A stretch of 64,000 nt of DNA from Nitrosopumilus sp. (lineage in GTDB: Archaea; Thermoproteota; Nitrososphaeria; Nitrososphaerales; Nitrosopumilaceae), in assembly GCA_965197525.1 (NCBI GenBank), contig OZ240211.1, forward strand, positions 2,146,165 through 2,210,164. Reading direction: 5' to 3'. The translations under genes and the position numbers were made by a program. The notes under the pieces were generated by a model that saw only the letters and a list, made by a program, of their open reading frames with translations, was not told the DNA's origin and ran no database searches. This document shows positions 50,587 to 61,381 of the stretch, one piece after another (the first letter of the stretch is position 1; every line of letters begins with the position of its first letter).

Positions 50587-50796
50587 ATGAACATGGAAAA
50601 ACCATCAAAAAATAATACTACAAAGATCTATTGCGAACAATGTAACACTGTCTTTGAATCGCGCAAACAATTTGAAAAACATGCTAATACACACTCATTA
50701 CACTCCACTGTAGTCTGTGAGGCATGTCCTATTGATACTGCCATCTCAAAATTCGTAAATCTGTTCAAACGTGATTCATCCCGTAATTTGGGATAA
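50587..50796 (+). CDS. Small C2H2 zinc-finger protein
   Basis: CEQC..F..FEKH..H; CEAC. Confidence 0.7.
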   Translation: MNMEKPSKNNTTKIYCEQCNTVFESRKQFEKHANTHSLHSTVVCEACPIDTAISKFVNLFKRDSSRNLG

Positions 50797-50828
50797 GTTT
50801 TTTTAGATGCCTGGTACCATTTTTACAT

Positions 50829-51503
50829 ATGGGTAAAAAGTTTATCATTTTAGGAATTCTTATAATCGGTGTTTTAGTGGGGGCTGTCCTTGGGGCATCT
50901 AACCTATCATCTGAATCTGAAACTGTCAACCTTGACATGAGCAGATCTCACGGTAGCATATCTACTGCTTTTGGTTCACCAATTTTAGGCAACCCTCAGG
51001 CACCAATCACTATTGTTGAGTTTGGAGATTATCAATGTCACCAGTGTGCTAACTGGTTTCATAATACCAAACCTGAGATAACAACTCAGTATATCGAAAC
51101 TAACAAAGCAAATCTCATCTTCGTTGACTTGGCATTTTTAGGAAATGATTCAAGAACTGCTGCTCAAGCTTCATACTGTGCAGAAGATCAAGAAGCGTAT
51201 TGGGATTATCATGATCTTCTATACAATTCACAAGAAGACAGAATTGACGGAGGTTGGGCAAATACTGAACGACTAAAGGCGTTTGCTTTTAGTCTAGATC
51301 TTGATATGGAATTATTTGAGAGTTGTCTTGATTCTGGAAAATATGCAAAACGTGTCGCATACAATTCACAACAAGCACGAGATAACGGCGTCACAGGAAC
51401 TCCTGGATTTTTTATAGTTGGTCCCAACGGTGAGCAAACACAAGTTGCTGGTGCACAGCCATACGGAATCTTCAAACAAATATTGGATTCTATGGCGCAA
51501 TGA
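50829..51503 (+). CDS. DsbA-like thioredoxin-fold oxidoreductase
   Basis: EFGDYQCHQC, GVTGTPGF, GAQPY; N-terminal anchor. Confidence 0.92.
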   Translation: MGKKFIILGILIIGVLVGAVLGASNLSSESETVNLDMSRSHGSISTAFGSPILGNPQAPITIVEFGDYQCHQCANWFHNTKPEITTQYIETNKANLIFVDLAFLGNDSRTAAQASYCAEDQEAYWDYHDLLYNSQEDRIDGGWANTERLKAFAFSLDLDMELFESCLDSGKYAKRVAYNSQQARDNGVTGTPGFFIVGPNGEQTQVAGAQPYGIFKQILDSMAQ

Positions 51504-51979
51504 CTTCTTCTATCAAACTCGTATACTCTGACATCAAATATCTTGTTTTAGCATTTGTAATTTTTTCATCGATGCTTACCGGTCTGTTAATTGTATCTGA
51601 ACACATCTTTTTGGAGCCTTTCTTTGTAAGTCATCTGCCATCCGGGACTGAATTAGGATTTATTCTTATTGTAATACTTTCTATACTATCTGCACTAGTC
51701 ATACCTATGAACGTCTATAGAATCGTTGTATTGCGCTCTTCAAAACAAAAGATCAGTGGAGGTGTTTTTGGTTCCATAGTCGGTGCTGCAGCAGGCGCAT
51801 GCAGTTGTGGTCCGGTAGGATTTGCTATAATCTCTACATTTGGCTCAGTAGGCGCAGTAACTACCTCCTTTCTAACATACTATGAGATTCCAATCAGGAT
51901 ACTGGCAGTTCTGGTTTTATGTGTAACATATTATACCACTACAAGATCATTGCAAGTTGACTGTCATCTTCGTAATTAG
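51500..51979 (+). CDS. Membrane protein with a CSC motif, coupled to the DsbA gene
   Basis: Four TM segments; GACSCG. Confidence 0.7.
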   Translation: MTSSIKLVYSDIKYLVLAFVIFSSMLTGLLIVSEHIFLEPFFVSHLPSGTELGFILIVILSILSALVIPMNVYRIVVLRSSKQKISGGVFGSIVGAAAGACSCGPVGFAIISTFGSVGAVTTSFLTYYEIPIRILAVLVLCVTYYTTTRSLQVDCHLRN

Positions 51980-52100
51980 GCCCGTCTTTGGAATTTGTCA
52001 GTATCAGTCACAAAGATTCTCTTTGATCATTTTATCTGTCTTTTTTTAGTTCTTTTGTTTTGTAAAGTTTGGATATTTATTTACCTTTTTTTGATTTGAT

Positions 52101-53042
52101 GTGATTGCGATGCTAAAATCAAAAGGTATTCAAAATTGGAATCTTATCTTTGCCATTCTTATAATTTCTAGCCCTATTCTTTTTGCAATGATAGCATATC
52201 CTGATACCATAGCATGGAGTTGGAACGAGGGCCGTGGCGGATATTTCTTTGGATTAGTGTTTATAGTTGCTGAGCTGATAGGGTTAAAAATAATCATCTC
52301 CAAGAAACGGCTACTAGCTGTACTGCCTCTTGCAGCCATCACTATAATGTATCTTGTCTCTTTAGAGTTTGGTCTTCGAGAGTTTATCCTTGAATCATCT
52401 ACGTCATACAATGTACAACTAATTGATTCATGGATTTGGATGTGGGATTTTATTGTTATGGCATTATTTACTATTACTGCTTTGAGTATATTTTTTGGTA
52501 AACGATGGATTCGAATTGCTCCTGCAGGACCTATCTTTCTTACTGGCACTGCCATTATTTTGTCCCTTGATGCATTTTTTCCATATGACACACTTGGTCC
52601 ATTGCAATATGTTGTTCCATACTTTGTTCAAGCAAACGTGTGGCTAGTTCAAGTCCTTGATCTTGGTACTGCTGTTGCTCGTGATAATATCATGTTTTTG
52701 AGGGGTGACCACGGTTCGATGGCACTACAAGTGTTTTGGCCATCAGCTGGCGTTCACAGCGTGATTATCTTCTCTTTGGTGATTGGAGCATTTATGCTCA
52801 AACTCAACATATCTAGACGTAGAAAAATCATATATTTTGTCCTAGGAATTATCGGCACTATTACAGTCAACCTGATTCGAATCTTTTCATTATCCTGGTA
52901 CGCCCTCAAGGTTACCGCTGATCCGGTTGCGTGGGAAGAATATCACAAGATCGCAGGTGAGATAATGTTTCTGCCGTGGCTGTTTGCGTTTATTTTGGTT
53001 GTAATCCTGATAGAGTCAAGGCGTCTTAAAAAATCACAATGA
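52101..53042 (+). CDS. Thaumarchaeosortase (archaeosortase/exosortase family)
   Basis: Multi-TM protein; WPSAGVHS (Ser in place of Cys), NLIRI, YH triad pattern. Confidence 0.85.
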   Translation: MIAMLKSKGIQNWNLIFAILIISSPILFAMIAYPDTIAWSWNEGRGGYFFGLVFIVAELIGLKIIISKKRLLAVLPLAAITIMYLVSLEFGLREFILESSTSYNVQLIDSWIWMWDFIVMALFTITALSIFFGKRWIRIAPAGPIFLTGTAIILSLDAFFPYDTLGPLQYVVPYFVQANVWLVQVLDLGTAVARDNIMFLRGDHGSMALQVFWPSAGVHSVIIFSLVIGAFMLKLNISRRRKIIYFVLGIIGTITVNLIRIFSLSWYALKVTADPVAWEEYHKIAGEIMFLPWLFAFILVVILIESRRLKKSQ

Positions 53043-53062
53043 CTTTGTTATCGTTCAATATT

Positions 53063-54157
53063 TTAAAAATACGTTGTAATCTCGCTTTGTCCTTGAATCT
53101 TTGTTAGTTCTGATACTCGCACACCTAATCTTCTAAATGTCATTGTTTGTTTTTCCAATGCTTGTTTTAGTAATTGATCTGCATTTTTTTGTAATTCTTC
53201 AATACTTGAAGTTGGAGCTCTCAGCATCCTTGATTTTGTTTTACTTGTCAAGTCTGATTGAATAAATTGTACACCTACTGATCTAAACATCTGATTATTC
53301 TCTTTGACTATGCTATGAACTTGCTTGCATAATTCATTAATATTTTCTGACAAGAACTGATAGTCCTTTGAATCGTTTTTCAGTGTTGTGATTTTACTAT
53401 ACTGTATGCTTGCCTTCCGCTGTTTTACTGGCTGATAGTCTACTCCTTTTGCAGCATTATATATCCGAGTTCCGTTTTTTCGACCAAACTCTTTGTTTAG
53501 AGTAAATATGTCTAATTTTTTTAAATCTTTGATTGTCTCTTTCCCCATATCTTGCAGTCTGTTTGCTGTCTTTGCTCCAATACCGGGTATTTTTCGTATG
53601 TTAAGTGGCTCTAAAAACTCATCGATCTTATCTGGAAGTACCATTGTGAGACCATCGGGTTTTTGAAAATCCGATGCTATCTTTGAGATTAATTTATTTG
53701 GTGATATTCCTACAGAGCAGCTAAGCTTTAATTCTTTTCTGATGGTGTTTTTGATCTGTTGTGCTAGGTGACTTGCTTTTTCAAAATTCCCTTCTGTCCG
53801 TCTTGTCACATCAAGGTATGCTTCATCCCGTCCTACATACTCAAAAATATCTGCACTCTTCTCTATGATGCGCATCGCTTTTTCAGATAATTCTGAATAG
53901 AAATCAAAATCTACCGGTAAGAATACTGCATCGTTTCTTTCTGCCAAGTGTTTTTTGGCAAATGCAATTGGCATTCCTGATTTTACATTGTATTTTCTAG
54001 CAATATAATTTGCAGTTGCAATTGCCCCTCTCTCTGTCTCTTTATCTGAAAATACACAGACGCATACAGGCTTTAATTTTAGTTTAGGTGACCGCGTCTC
54101 TTCACACTGTGCATAAAAGTAGTCAAAATCTATGTGGAAAACTATCTTGGTTTCCAA
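53063..54157 (-). CDS. dbh: Y-family DNA polymerase IV (Dbh/DinB)
   Basis: HIDFDYFYAQ, ATANY.AR, DEAYLD, IPGIG. Confidence 0.95.
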   Translation of the reverse strand: METKIVFHIDFDYFYAQCEETRSPKLKLKPVCVCVFSDKETERGAIATANYIARKYNVKSGMPIAFAKKHLAERNDAVFLPVDFDFYSELSEKAMRIIEKSADIFEYVGRDEAYLDVTRRTEGNFEKASHLAQQIKNTIRKELKLSCSVGISPNKLISKIASDFQKPDGLTMVLPDKIDEFLEPLNIRKIPGIGAKTANRLQDMGKETIKDLKKLDIFTLNKEFGRKNGTRIYNAAKGVDYQPVKQRKASIQYSKITTLKNDSKDYQFLSENINELCKQVHSIVKENNQMFRSVGVQFIQSDLTSKTKSRMLRAPTSSIEELQKNADQLLKQALEKQTMTFRRLGVRVSELTKIQGQSEITTYF

Positions 54158-54229
54158 TATTTATTGATTGCATCTTGATTATTATTGTATTGTGTATTCA
54201 TCTAAATACTGTTAATTCTTTGAATTATT

Positions 54230-54469
54230 ATGGAATATCCTGTATCTGTTGACAAAAATGGGATAAATATGAAACCCGAAAAGATGGAAAAAGAGCGACT
54301 TTATCACTGTATCTTTAAAGATAAGGTAATGTTGATCTTCAAGGATTCTCAGGATGTATTAAACTGCTATGAGATTGAAGAGCCGGATTTAGTTGAAAAG
54401 ATCAAAAAATGTGTAGATGATGTTGATCTTGAGCCGATTTTTGAAGATTATTTGAAGGGAAATACCTGA
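54230..54469 (+). CDS. Hypothetical protein
   Basis: 79-aa ATG ORF. Confidence 0.7.
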   Translation: MEYPVSVDKNGINMKPEKMEKERLYHCIFKDKVMLIFKDSQDVLNCYEIEEPDLVEKIKKCVDDVDLEPIFEDYLKGNT

Positions 54470-54514
54470 AAAATTAAATAAAAGCAGCGGCTAAATCTAA
54501 TAACGGTAAATAAA

Positions 54515-56152
54515 TTGAACGAGGCAAAAAGACGTAAAGACGCAGAAGATATTTTAGGCGAATTTAATTCTCGTACTAAATCTACAACCCCCGAACCCGT
54601 TGAAGAACCAACACCCGAACCCACTACTGAAACTATTCCAGAACCAACACCCGAACCCACTACTGAAACTATTCCAGAACCAACACCCGAACCTGTTACT
54701 GAAACTATTCCAGAACCAACACCCGAACCCGTTGAAGAACCAACACCCGAACCCACTACTGAAACTATTCCAGAACCAACACCCGAACCCGTTACTGAAA
54801 CTATTCCAGAACCAACACCCGAACCCGTTGAAGAACCAACACCCGAACCCACTACTGAAACTATTCCAGAGCCAACACCCGAACCTGTTACTGAAACTAT
54901 TCCAGAACCAACACCTGAACCAGTTGAAGAACCAACACCCGAACCCACTACTGAAACTATTCCAGAACCAACACCCGAACCCACTACTGAAACTATTCCA
55001 GAACCAACACCCGAACCCACTACTGAAACTATTCCAGAACCAACACCTGAACCAGTTGAAGAACCAACACCCAAACCAGTTGAAGAACCAACACCCGAAC
55101 CCACTACTGAAACTATTCCAGAACCAACACCCGAACCCACTACTGAAACTATTCCAGAACCAACACCCGAACCCGTTGAAGAACCAACACCCGAACCCAC
55201 TACTGAAACTATTCCAGAACCAACACCCGAACCCACTACTGAAACTATTCCAGAACCAACACCCGAACCCACTACTGAAACTATTCCAGAACCAACACCC
55301 GAACCCACTACTGAAACTATTCCAGAACCAACACCCGAACCCACTACTGAAACTATTCCAGAACCAACACCTGAACCAGTTGAAGAACCAACACCCGAAC
55401 CCACTACTGAAACTATTCCAGAGCCAACACCCGAACCCACTACTGAAACTATTCCAGAACCAACACCCGAACCCACTACTGAAACTATTCCAGAACCAAC
55501 ACCTGAACCAGTTGAAGAACCAACACCCGAACCCACTACTGAAACTATTCCAGAACCAACACCTGAACCAGTTGAAGAACCAACACCCGAACCCACTACT
55601 GAAACTATTCCAGAACCAACACCCGAACCCGTTGAAGAACCAACACCCGAACCCACTACTGAAACTATTCCAGAACCAACACCCGAACCCGTTGAAGAAC
55701 CAACACCCGAACCCACTACTGAAACTATTCCAGAACCAACACCCGAACCCACTACTGAAACTATTCCAGAACCAACACCTGAACCAGTTGAAGAACCAAC
55801 ACCCGAACCCACTACTGAAACTATTCCAGAACCAACACCTGAACCAGAAACTTCTGATTCAACTACTAGCACACCTACAAAAGAACGCAATGTAATTTTC
55901 ATAGGTAGTAAGCCCATCTTGGCATATGTTTCTGCAACATTGACCCAACTCGCAACTCTTCCTACTGTTACACTAAAGGCAAGAGGCAGAAAAATTACAC
56001 AAGCTGTTGATGTTTCTCAAATGATTCTTAAACGCATGGATTCCGTAGGCTATGTTATTACAGATGTGAGAATTTCATCTGACTCTTTAATTTCCCAAGA
56101 TGGTAAAAAACGCAATGTCTCTATAATGGAAATTGATATTTCAAAAAATTAG
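54515..56152 (+). CDS. Alba DNA/RNA-binding protein with about 420 aa of Pro/Glu/Thr repeats at the N-terminus
   Basis: C-terminal [32 protein letters not shown] is the Alba signature. Confidence 0.85.
   Translation: MNEAKRRKDAEDILGEFNSRTKSTTPEPVEEPTPEPTTETIPEPTPEPTTETIPEPTPEPVTETIPEPTPEPVEEPTPEPTTETIPEPTPEPVTETIPEPTPEPVEEPTPEPTTETIPEPTPEPVTETIPEPTPEPVEEPTPEPTTETIPEPTPEPTTETIPEPTPEPTTETIPEPTPEPVEEPTPKPVEEPTPEPTTETIPEPTPEPTTETIPEPTPEPVEEPTPEPTTETIPEPTPEPTTETIPEPTPEPTTETIPEPTPEPTTETIPEPTPEPTTETIPEPTPEPVEEPTPEPTTETIPEPTPEPTTETIPEPTPEPTTETIPEPTPEPVEEPTPEPTTETIPEPTPEPVEEPTPEPTTETIPEPTPEPVEEPTPEPTTETIPEPTPEPVEEPTPEPTTETIPEPTPEPTTETIPEPTPEPVEEPTPEPTTETIPEPTPEPETSDSTTSTPTKERNVIFIGSKPILAYVSATLTQLATLPTVTLKARGRKITQAVDVSQMILKRMDSVGYVITDVRISSDSLISQDGKKRNVSIMEIDISKN
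54590..55847. repeat. Coding minisatellite of mixed 36-bp ([12 protein letters not shown]) and 24-bp (PEPVEEPT) units
   Basis: Read directly from the sequence. Confidence 0.97.
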
Positions 56153-56384
56153 TTTAAAAAATCTAACACTAATTATATCTGTGATATTTTTTGTTGGATT
56201 GATACTGGCATTAATCTCTAATTCTTCTAATTCCTTTTGTGGTATACAACATATGCTAATTCTTAACGATATCTCATTATATGAGGAATCTTTTGATCCT
56301 GAATTTTGTGAAATTACCGTCACAAAAATTCTTGCATTCAATGATGTATGTGAACCTCAAATAGATATTTTTGATTGTGGGTAA
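56133..56384 (+). CDS. Small membrane-anchored Cys-containing protein
   Basis: N-terminal TM segment; four Cys. Confidence 0.6.
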   Translation: MIFQKISLKNLTLIISVIFFVGLILALISNSSNSFCGIQHMLILNDISLYEESFDPEFCEITVTKILAFNDVCEPQIDIFDCG

Positions 56385-56386
56385 TC

Positions 56387-56992
56387 TCAAATATTTATTA
56401 AAAATGTAATTCCAAAATAAACTAGTATTCCACTTAACCCTATCATAATTATCTTGTAGTTTTTATTCGAGATGATTTTTGAACTTTTTGACGCAAGCCA
56501 TGCAGTTGCTCCCAACCATGCAAAATCCATCCAAATATGCAAAGCAAACATGACTAGTATGCCTGCAAATGCCCACATCAACATTGCATCTGAAATTAAC
56601 TTAAATCCTATTGTAAGCCACCATATTATAAAAAATGGATTTAGCGCACTTAGTGCAATACCTACAACTATTGGACCATGTTTTGTTTTTACATCTGAAT
56701 CTTTATTCTTTTTTAACACTGATCTGATCTGCATGAAAGCAAATCCAAAAAGTGTGATTGCGCCTACAATAGATATTACTGTTCTAAACTCTGGAAACGC
56801 CTCTAGCGAAAATACTCCTATTCCTAATAAAATTACTAGAGGTAATTCAACTATTGTATGACCTGCTGCTATTTTGAGTCCTGCTCTTGCACCGTATCGT
56901 AGTCCATATGATACATTTGCTGTAAACATTGGTCCGGGTGCCATAACTCCGGATGCTGAAACTCCAATAACTAGCAATACAAACTCTAACAT
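56387..56992 (-). CDS. LysE-family translocator
   Basis: MAPGPMF..G..GH..ELP..ALNP..WW motifs. Confidence 0.9.
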   Translation of the reverse strand: MLEFVLLVIGVSASGVMAPGPMFTANVSYGLRYGARAGLKIAAGHTIVELPLVILLGIGVFSLEAFPEFRTVISIVGAITLFGFAFMQIRSVLKKNKDSDVKTKHGPIVVGIALSALNPFFIIWWLTIGFKLISDAMLMWAFAGILVMFALHIWMDFAWLGATAWLASKSSKIISNKNYKIIMIGLSGILVYFGITFLINI

Positions 56993-57120
56993 CTGTGCTA
57001 TTTTTTCATACTCGAGTATATTTATAATCTAGATGTTCGCTTACTTGTTCTTGTTTTCATTTTATACGTGATTGTCCTTGAAGTAAACTTTAAACCCGCG
57101 ATATAACTCTAAATTTTCAA

Positions 57121-58215
57121 TTGACTGATAGAATTAAAGTTGCTCTAGTAGGAATAGGCAATTGTTTTTCTGGTTTAATCCAGGGTATAGAGTATTACAG
57201 ACGTAATCCTTCCCAAAAAGTTACAGGCATTATTCATGATGAATTAGCAGGATATGGTATTCATGATATCGATTTTGTCTGCGGGTTTGATGTTGGTGAA
57301 AATAAGGTAGGTCATTTACTCAATGATGCAATTTACGAGTATCCAAATATGGTTAATTGGATACCCAAAGACGAACTACCAAAAAATGATGCCAAAGTTT
57401 ACGAAAGTCCAATATTAGATGGTGTGGGTCTCTGGGTAGAGAATAGAATTAAACCCATTACTAGTACTAAAACCCCTGCACAGATAGCTGATGAGGCAAA
57501 ACAGATCATTAAAGATACAGGCGCTCAGATAGTTGTGTCATATCTTCCTGTAGGTTCTGACAAGGTAACCAAATTTTGGGCTCAAGTATGTCTTGACACT
57601 AACACTGCTTTTGTAAACTGTATTCCATCTTTTATTGCATCAGATCCAGAATGGGCCAAGAAATTTGAAGAGAAAAATATCCCTTGTATTGGTGATGATA
57701 TAAAAGGTCAAGTTGGTGCAACTATTGTTCATAGAACTTTGGCTAAATTGTGTAATGACCGTGGTACCAAGATTGAAAAGACGTATCAGATTAACGTTGG
57801 TGGAAACACTGATTTTCTAAACATGAAAGAGCATGATAGATTAATCTCCAAGAAGATCTCCAAGACTGAAAGCGTTCAAAGTCAACTCTCTGAGCGATTA
57901 GATGATGATCAAATCTATGTAGGCCCTTCTGATTTTATTCCATTTTTAGGTAATACCAAACTTATGTTCATGAGAATTGAAGGTCGTCAATGGGCCAACA
58001 TTCCATACAACATGGAGGTTCGACTAGAAGTTGATGACAAAGCAAACTCTGCTGGAATAGTAGTTGATGCAATTAGATTGGCAAAGATTGCACTTGACAG
58101 AGGAGTGGGTGGACCAATCCAATCTGCTAGTGCATATCTGATGAAGCATCCAATCAAACAGACATCAGACGTTCAAGCAAAAGCTGCATGCGAAGAGTTT
58201 GTTAAAGGAAATTAA
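57121..58215 (+). CDS. ino1: Myo-inositol-1-phosphate synthase
   Basis: VGIGNC..L.QG, YLPVGS, GDDIKGQVGAT, NVGGNTDFLNM, DKANSAG. Confidence 0.95.
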   Translation: MTDRIKVALVGIGNCFSGLIQGIEYYRRNPSQKVTGIIHDELAGYGIHDIDFVCGFDVGENKVGHLLNDAIYEYPNMVNWIPKDELPKNDAKVYESPILDGVGLWVENRIKPITSTKTPAQIADEAKQIIKDTGAQIVVSYLPVGSDKVTKFWAQVCLDTNTAFVNCIPSFIASDPEWAKKFEEKNIPCIGDDIKGQVGATIVHRTLAKLCNDRGTKIEKTYQINVGGNTDFLNMKEHDRLISKKISKTESVQSQLSERLDDDQIYVGPSDFIPFLGNTKLMFMRIEGRQWANIPYNMEVRLEVDDKANSAGIVVDAIRLAKIALDRGVGGPIQSASAYLMKHPIKQTSDVQAKAACEEFVKGN

Positions 58216-58516
58216 TTGTAAATATTCGTGTATTTGGAGTGTTATTCATCTAGTGAGTCTAATTTAACACTGAATTGAAAAGTATTTGAGATTTGAGTGC
58301 AATAACACACCGTACGTATATTATGATAAATCATTTGGTTGGATTTGTCTATTATTTTTTTTATTTCAATAATCCTATTGGGATTAAACAACCAATGTAG
58401 AAATCTATGGAATTTATGCCCAAATTATAATAATTATAATATTTCATTACATTGTTTGCAAAAAATCACATTAAATATTAAATACCATTATGTATTATAC
58501 TAATTGATGTCGTTAG

Positions 58517-58655
58517 TTCCAAAATCTGGCGATTAAGTTGCGTTGCCCCGCAGAACAAAAAAGGCAATCAGGCACTTGGTGACTGACTATGAGAGGGAAT
58601 CTCTCAAAGTTCTGCAGTTTTGGGGTATGCGCCTTTATCTTTAATCCTGATGGAA
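58517..58655. ncRNA. Candidate structured RNA (long stem ending in a multi-branch junction)
   Basis: Nested pairings TTCCA/TGGAA, GATTAA/TTAATC, CCCC/GGGG, GCAGAAC/GTTCTGC, TGAGAG/CTCTCA. Confidence 0.45.
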
Positions 58656-58676
58656 TGGTGTATATCTTTAGTCATT

Positions 58677-59768
58677 CTATGTAACAATCTCGTCTAATCG
58701 TTCATCTTTTTTTGCCTTTTTTATCTCCATTGCAATTCTTCTTCCTACCCCGAACGTCTCTCCGTACTGGTATTTTGTATATGGACTAGTCGTAGCTAGG
58801 ATTGGGTTTCCTGGAACTCTTAATGATACGTCATACACTACTAGCTCTAAATCTTTTGTAATTACACTCTGAAGCGAAAACGGTCCTATTATTCCTGGAG
58901 TGTATTCTTTTTTGACCGTAGCTACAAACTTGTCGCCCATCTTGATTACTTTTTCTAGCAATGATTCCCTGACACTTGCAGGTGTGTGTCCTACCTCGAT
59001 ATTCTGCAAGTCCACTGTGATCTCTAGCTGTTGTTTTGCAGGCAGTGCATTATAATCATGAATGTTTGTTTGCAGCCGTCTCTCTATTCCCATAAAATCC
59101 ACTTGTTCTGAGATAGGTGTATGAAAGAAATTAAAGTTCATATACGTACCTATTACCAGCTCTTCGATGCTTGCTTTTGCAAGATCTTTTTTTGCGATCA
59201 CACCTTCCTTTATTTTGGCATTTGATTTCTCAACATAATCTTCATATGATGATACTGTAAAGAATGCTCTCTCTAATGGTCTGTCCTTCTCTTGCACTTT
59301 GACAATACACGGCCTGTCAATTTTTTTGGGATTATGGTATACTTTTGGATATTTTATCTTGGCTTTGTCTAGTAGATAGTACTGACCTTTCTTTGTCGTT
59401 CTCTCTTCTGCTTGAAACAGTCTACGATTTCCAAATATTGGTACTCTAAACGACTCTTCTATCTGCTGGTATCCTAGATACACCGCAAATGATCTATGTG
59501 GTATGACGATGCTATTTGAGTCCCGTAGATACTTTTGATATTTTGCTGATGCCATGTTTTTAAATTTATCAACTATTATGATTTCATCAGCCACTCTCTT
59601 GAATCTCTGGTACGGGGTTTCTCTGCCTTTTTGACAAAAAACCGTTGTCTGAAACCCCTCATCTTTTGCACCATCCATTATCTCTAGTGCCGAATGACTG
59701 CCCATGACTACAATTTTAACATCAGAGTAATCTTTGACTATTCTTTTAATCTCAGAATCCTTTATCAT
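58677..59768 (-). CDS. purP: PurP-family FAICAR synthetase (ATP-grasp)
   Basis: GSHSALEI..GAKDEGF, IPHRSF, GHTPAS.RESLL, GPFSLQ. Confidence 0.93.
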   Translation of the reverse strand: MIKDSEIKRIVKDYSDVKIVVMGSHSALEIMDGAKDEGFQTTVFCQKGRETPYQRFKRVADEIIIVDKFKNMASAKYQKYLRDSNSIVIPHRSFAVYLGYQQIEESFRVPIFGNRRLFQAEERTTKKGQYYLLDKAKIKYPKVYHNPKKIDRPCIVKVQEKDRPLERAFFTVSSYEDYVEKSNAKIKEGVIAKKDLAKASIEELVIGTYMNFNFFHTPISEQVDFMGIERRLQTNIHDYNALPAKQQLEITVDLQNIEVGHTPASVRESLLEKVIKMGDKFVATVKKEYTPGIIGPFSLQSVITKDLELVVYDVSLRVPGNPILATTSPYTKYQYGETFGVGRRIAMEIKKAKKDERLDEIVT

Positions 59769-59853
59769 GCTACCTGTTGGTAACGGGATATAATATATCT
59801 AGTTTGATCGTGCAGACCGATAGATTTTTCTTGTTTGATGTACCACACTAATC

Positions 59854-60024
59854 ATGCTGTATCATTTCGAACTACAAATGGCAGGCGTTATTCTTCTTAC
59901 CGCTATGGTAGTTTGTGGTATTTCAATATGGATTAGACGACGGAGAGCTGAAAATAACCCGCAAACGTCATTAAACGAACCTAGTGACCAGCCGTCATCT
60001 GATACAACTGGTTCGTTGGATTAA
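59854..60024 (+). CDS. Small membrane protein whose last codons are replaced by the TnpB element
   Basis: MLYHFELQMAGVILLTAMVVCGISIWIRRRR..DTT; the empty-site frame would end DTTNR*. Confidence 0.55.
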   Translation: MLYHFELQMAGVILLTAMVVCGISIWIRRRRAENNPQTSLNEPSDQPSSDTTGSLD

Positions 60025-61340
60025 CTGGTGTTAATCAGAAATTATACTCATAACACTAAATATAGATAGCCTTAAACCGTATAATACTTGTTGAGAGCAA
60101 TAAAGTCAATAGCACAAAAACATACACCAAACTCTGACCTAATGGACATGATGATCACGTTCACAGACATGGTTAACCGTTGTATCAAGATAGGGCTAAA
60201 GGAAGATACCCACAACATGAAACGGTTGTCTATGTTATGCTATCACGAATTACGTCACTACGACATCCTATCTTCATACAAACTCAATGCAATATCACGA
60301 GCTGCTGGCATCCTGGCAAACAGAGATCAGTCAGTCAAACGTGGCCTCAAAGTAAAAGATCCAATTATCAAAAATCCGTTTATCACTAATTGTTACCGTA
60401 TAAAACACAACGGCGCCTTACTCACAATTCCATACAAGCCAAGAAATCCAATTAACATCCTACTCGACGAACATACTCAAAAAATACTGTCTGATCCCGC
60501 CTTGGCAGTGCGCTCGTTTTCATTGACTGCTCTCAACATCAGTCTTTGTATTTCAAAAAAAGTACAGGAGATAGAGTGCGCCAAGACAGTAGGAGTAGAC
60601 AGAAACCTTAGAAACGTCACATGCGGAAATGAAGAAGAGGTAACATTCTACAAAACCAACAAGTTACTCTCAATCAAAGAGAACACAATACATGCCAGAT
60701 CTGGTTTCCGTAGAAACGACAAAAGAAAGAAAGGTCAATTCTACAACGAAAAACAGAGAAGAATGTCAAACAGAACAAAACAGTACATACACAGAATCTC
60801 AAAAAACATAGTAGACAATGCAGTCAAGAAAAAGGCTGTCATTGTTCTAGAAAATCTAAAGGGAATTAGAAAACTGTACAGAAAAGGAAACGGTCAAGGC
60901 AACAAATACAGACGTAGATTGAACGGATGGCAATTCTTTGAACTACAAAGACAAATAGAATACAAAGCCCAATGGGTCGGGCTACCTGTAAAAACAGTAG
61001 ACCCAAAAAACACGAGCACGCAGTGTCCGCAATGCGGAAAGAGACTCCAAGAGGACATGCAACAACATCGTAAATCATCGTGTAATAATTGCGGTTTATT
61101 TATGGACAGGGATATCATCGCTGCCATGAACATATCACGCAAACTGTCTCCTAGGTTTAGAGATAGTAGAGATGGCATACATGAAGCGCAGTCCGGTGTT
61201 TTTGAACCGGCGATGGCGGAACCCTGCAGACCGGTAATCCGAATAGTCGATATGTCAAAGTCGAGTAGTCAATGTGTTGTTGATGGTTGTGGAATCTGAC
61301 ATGATCCTCCGCAGTCAACACCCGCTAACCCAACAGAACC
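60010..61340 (+). mobile_element. Second TnpB-only element with TIRs of about 15 bp and an 8-bp TSD
   Basis: GGTTC-GTTGGATTA at 60010-60023 versus TAACCCAACAGAACC at 61326-61340; ATACAACT at 60002-60009 and 61341-61348. Confidence 0.9.
60088..61299 (+). CDS. tnpB: TnpB RNA-guided endonuclease, paralog of 24792-25985
   Basis: GVDRN, VLENL, MDRDIIAAMNI; CPQC..CNNC. Confidence 0.95.
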   Translation: MLRAIKSIAQKHTPNSDLMDMMITFTDMVNRCIKIGLKEDTHNMKRLSMLCYHELRHYDILSSYKLNAISRAAGILANRDQSVKRGLKVKDPIIKNPFITNCYRIKHNGALLTIPYKPRNPINILLDEHTQKILSDPALAVRSFSLTALNISLCISKKVQEIECAKTVGVDRNLRNVTCGNEEEVTFYKTNKLLSIKENTIHARSGFRRNDKRKKGQFYNEKQRRMSNRTKQYIHRISKNIVDNAVKKKAVIVLENLKGIRKLYRKGNGQGNKYRRRLNGWQFFELQRQIEYKAQWVGLPVKTVDPKNTSTQCPQCGKRLQEDMQQHRKSSCNNCGLFMDRDIIAAMNISRKLSPRFRDSRDGIHEAQSGVFEPAMAEPCRPVIRIVDMSKSSSQCVVDGCGI

Positions 61341-61381
61341 ATACAACTAATAGATAAAATACTTGATGATTCGTATATTAT

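Noticed and set aside
52101-53042. Ser replacing the catalytic Cys in the sortase-like protein
   Set aside because: Known property of thaumarchaeosortases
54590-55847. Possible CRISPR array
   Set aside because: Units are contiguous and in frame, with no unique spacers, and no cas genes are present
54448-55917. 489-aa Gly/Ser/Val ORF (-) and 431-aa NQHPN ORF (+)
   Set aside because: Shadow frames of the minisatellite; only the PEPT frame joins a recognisable domain (Alba)
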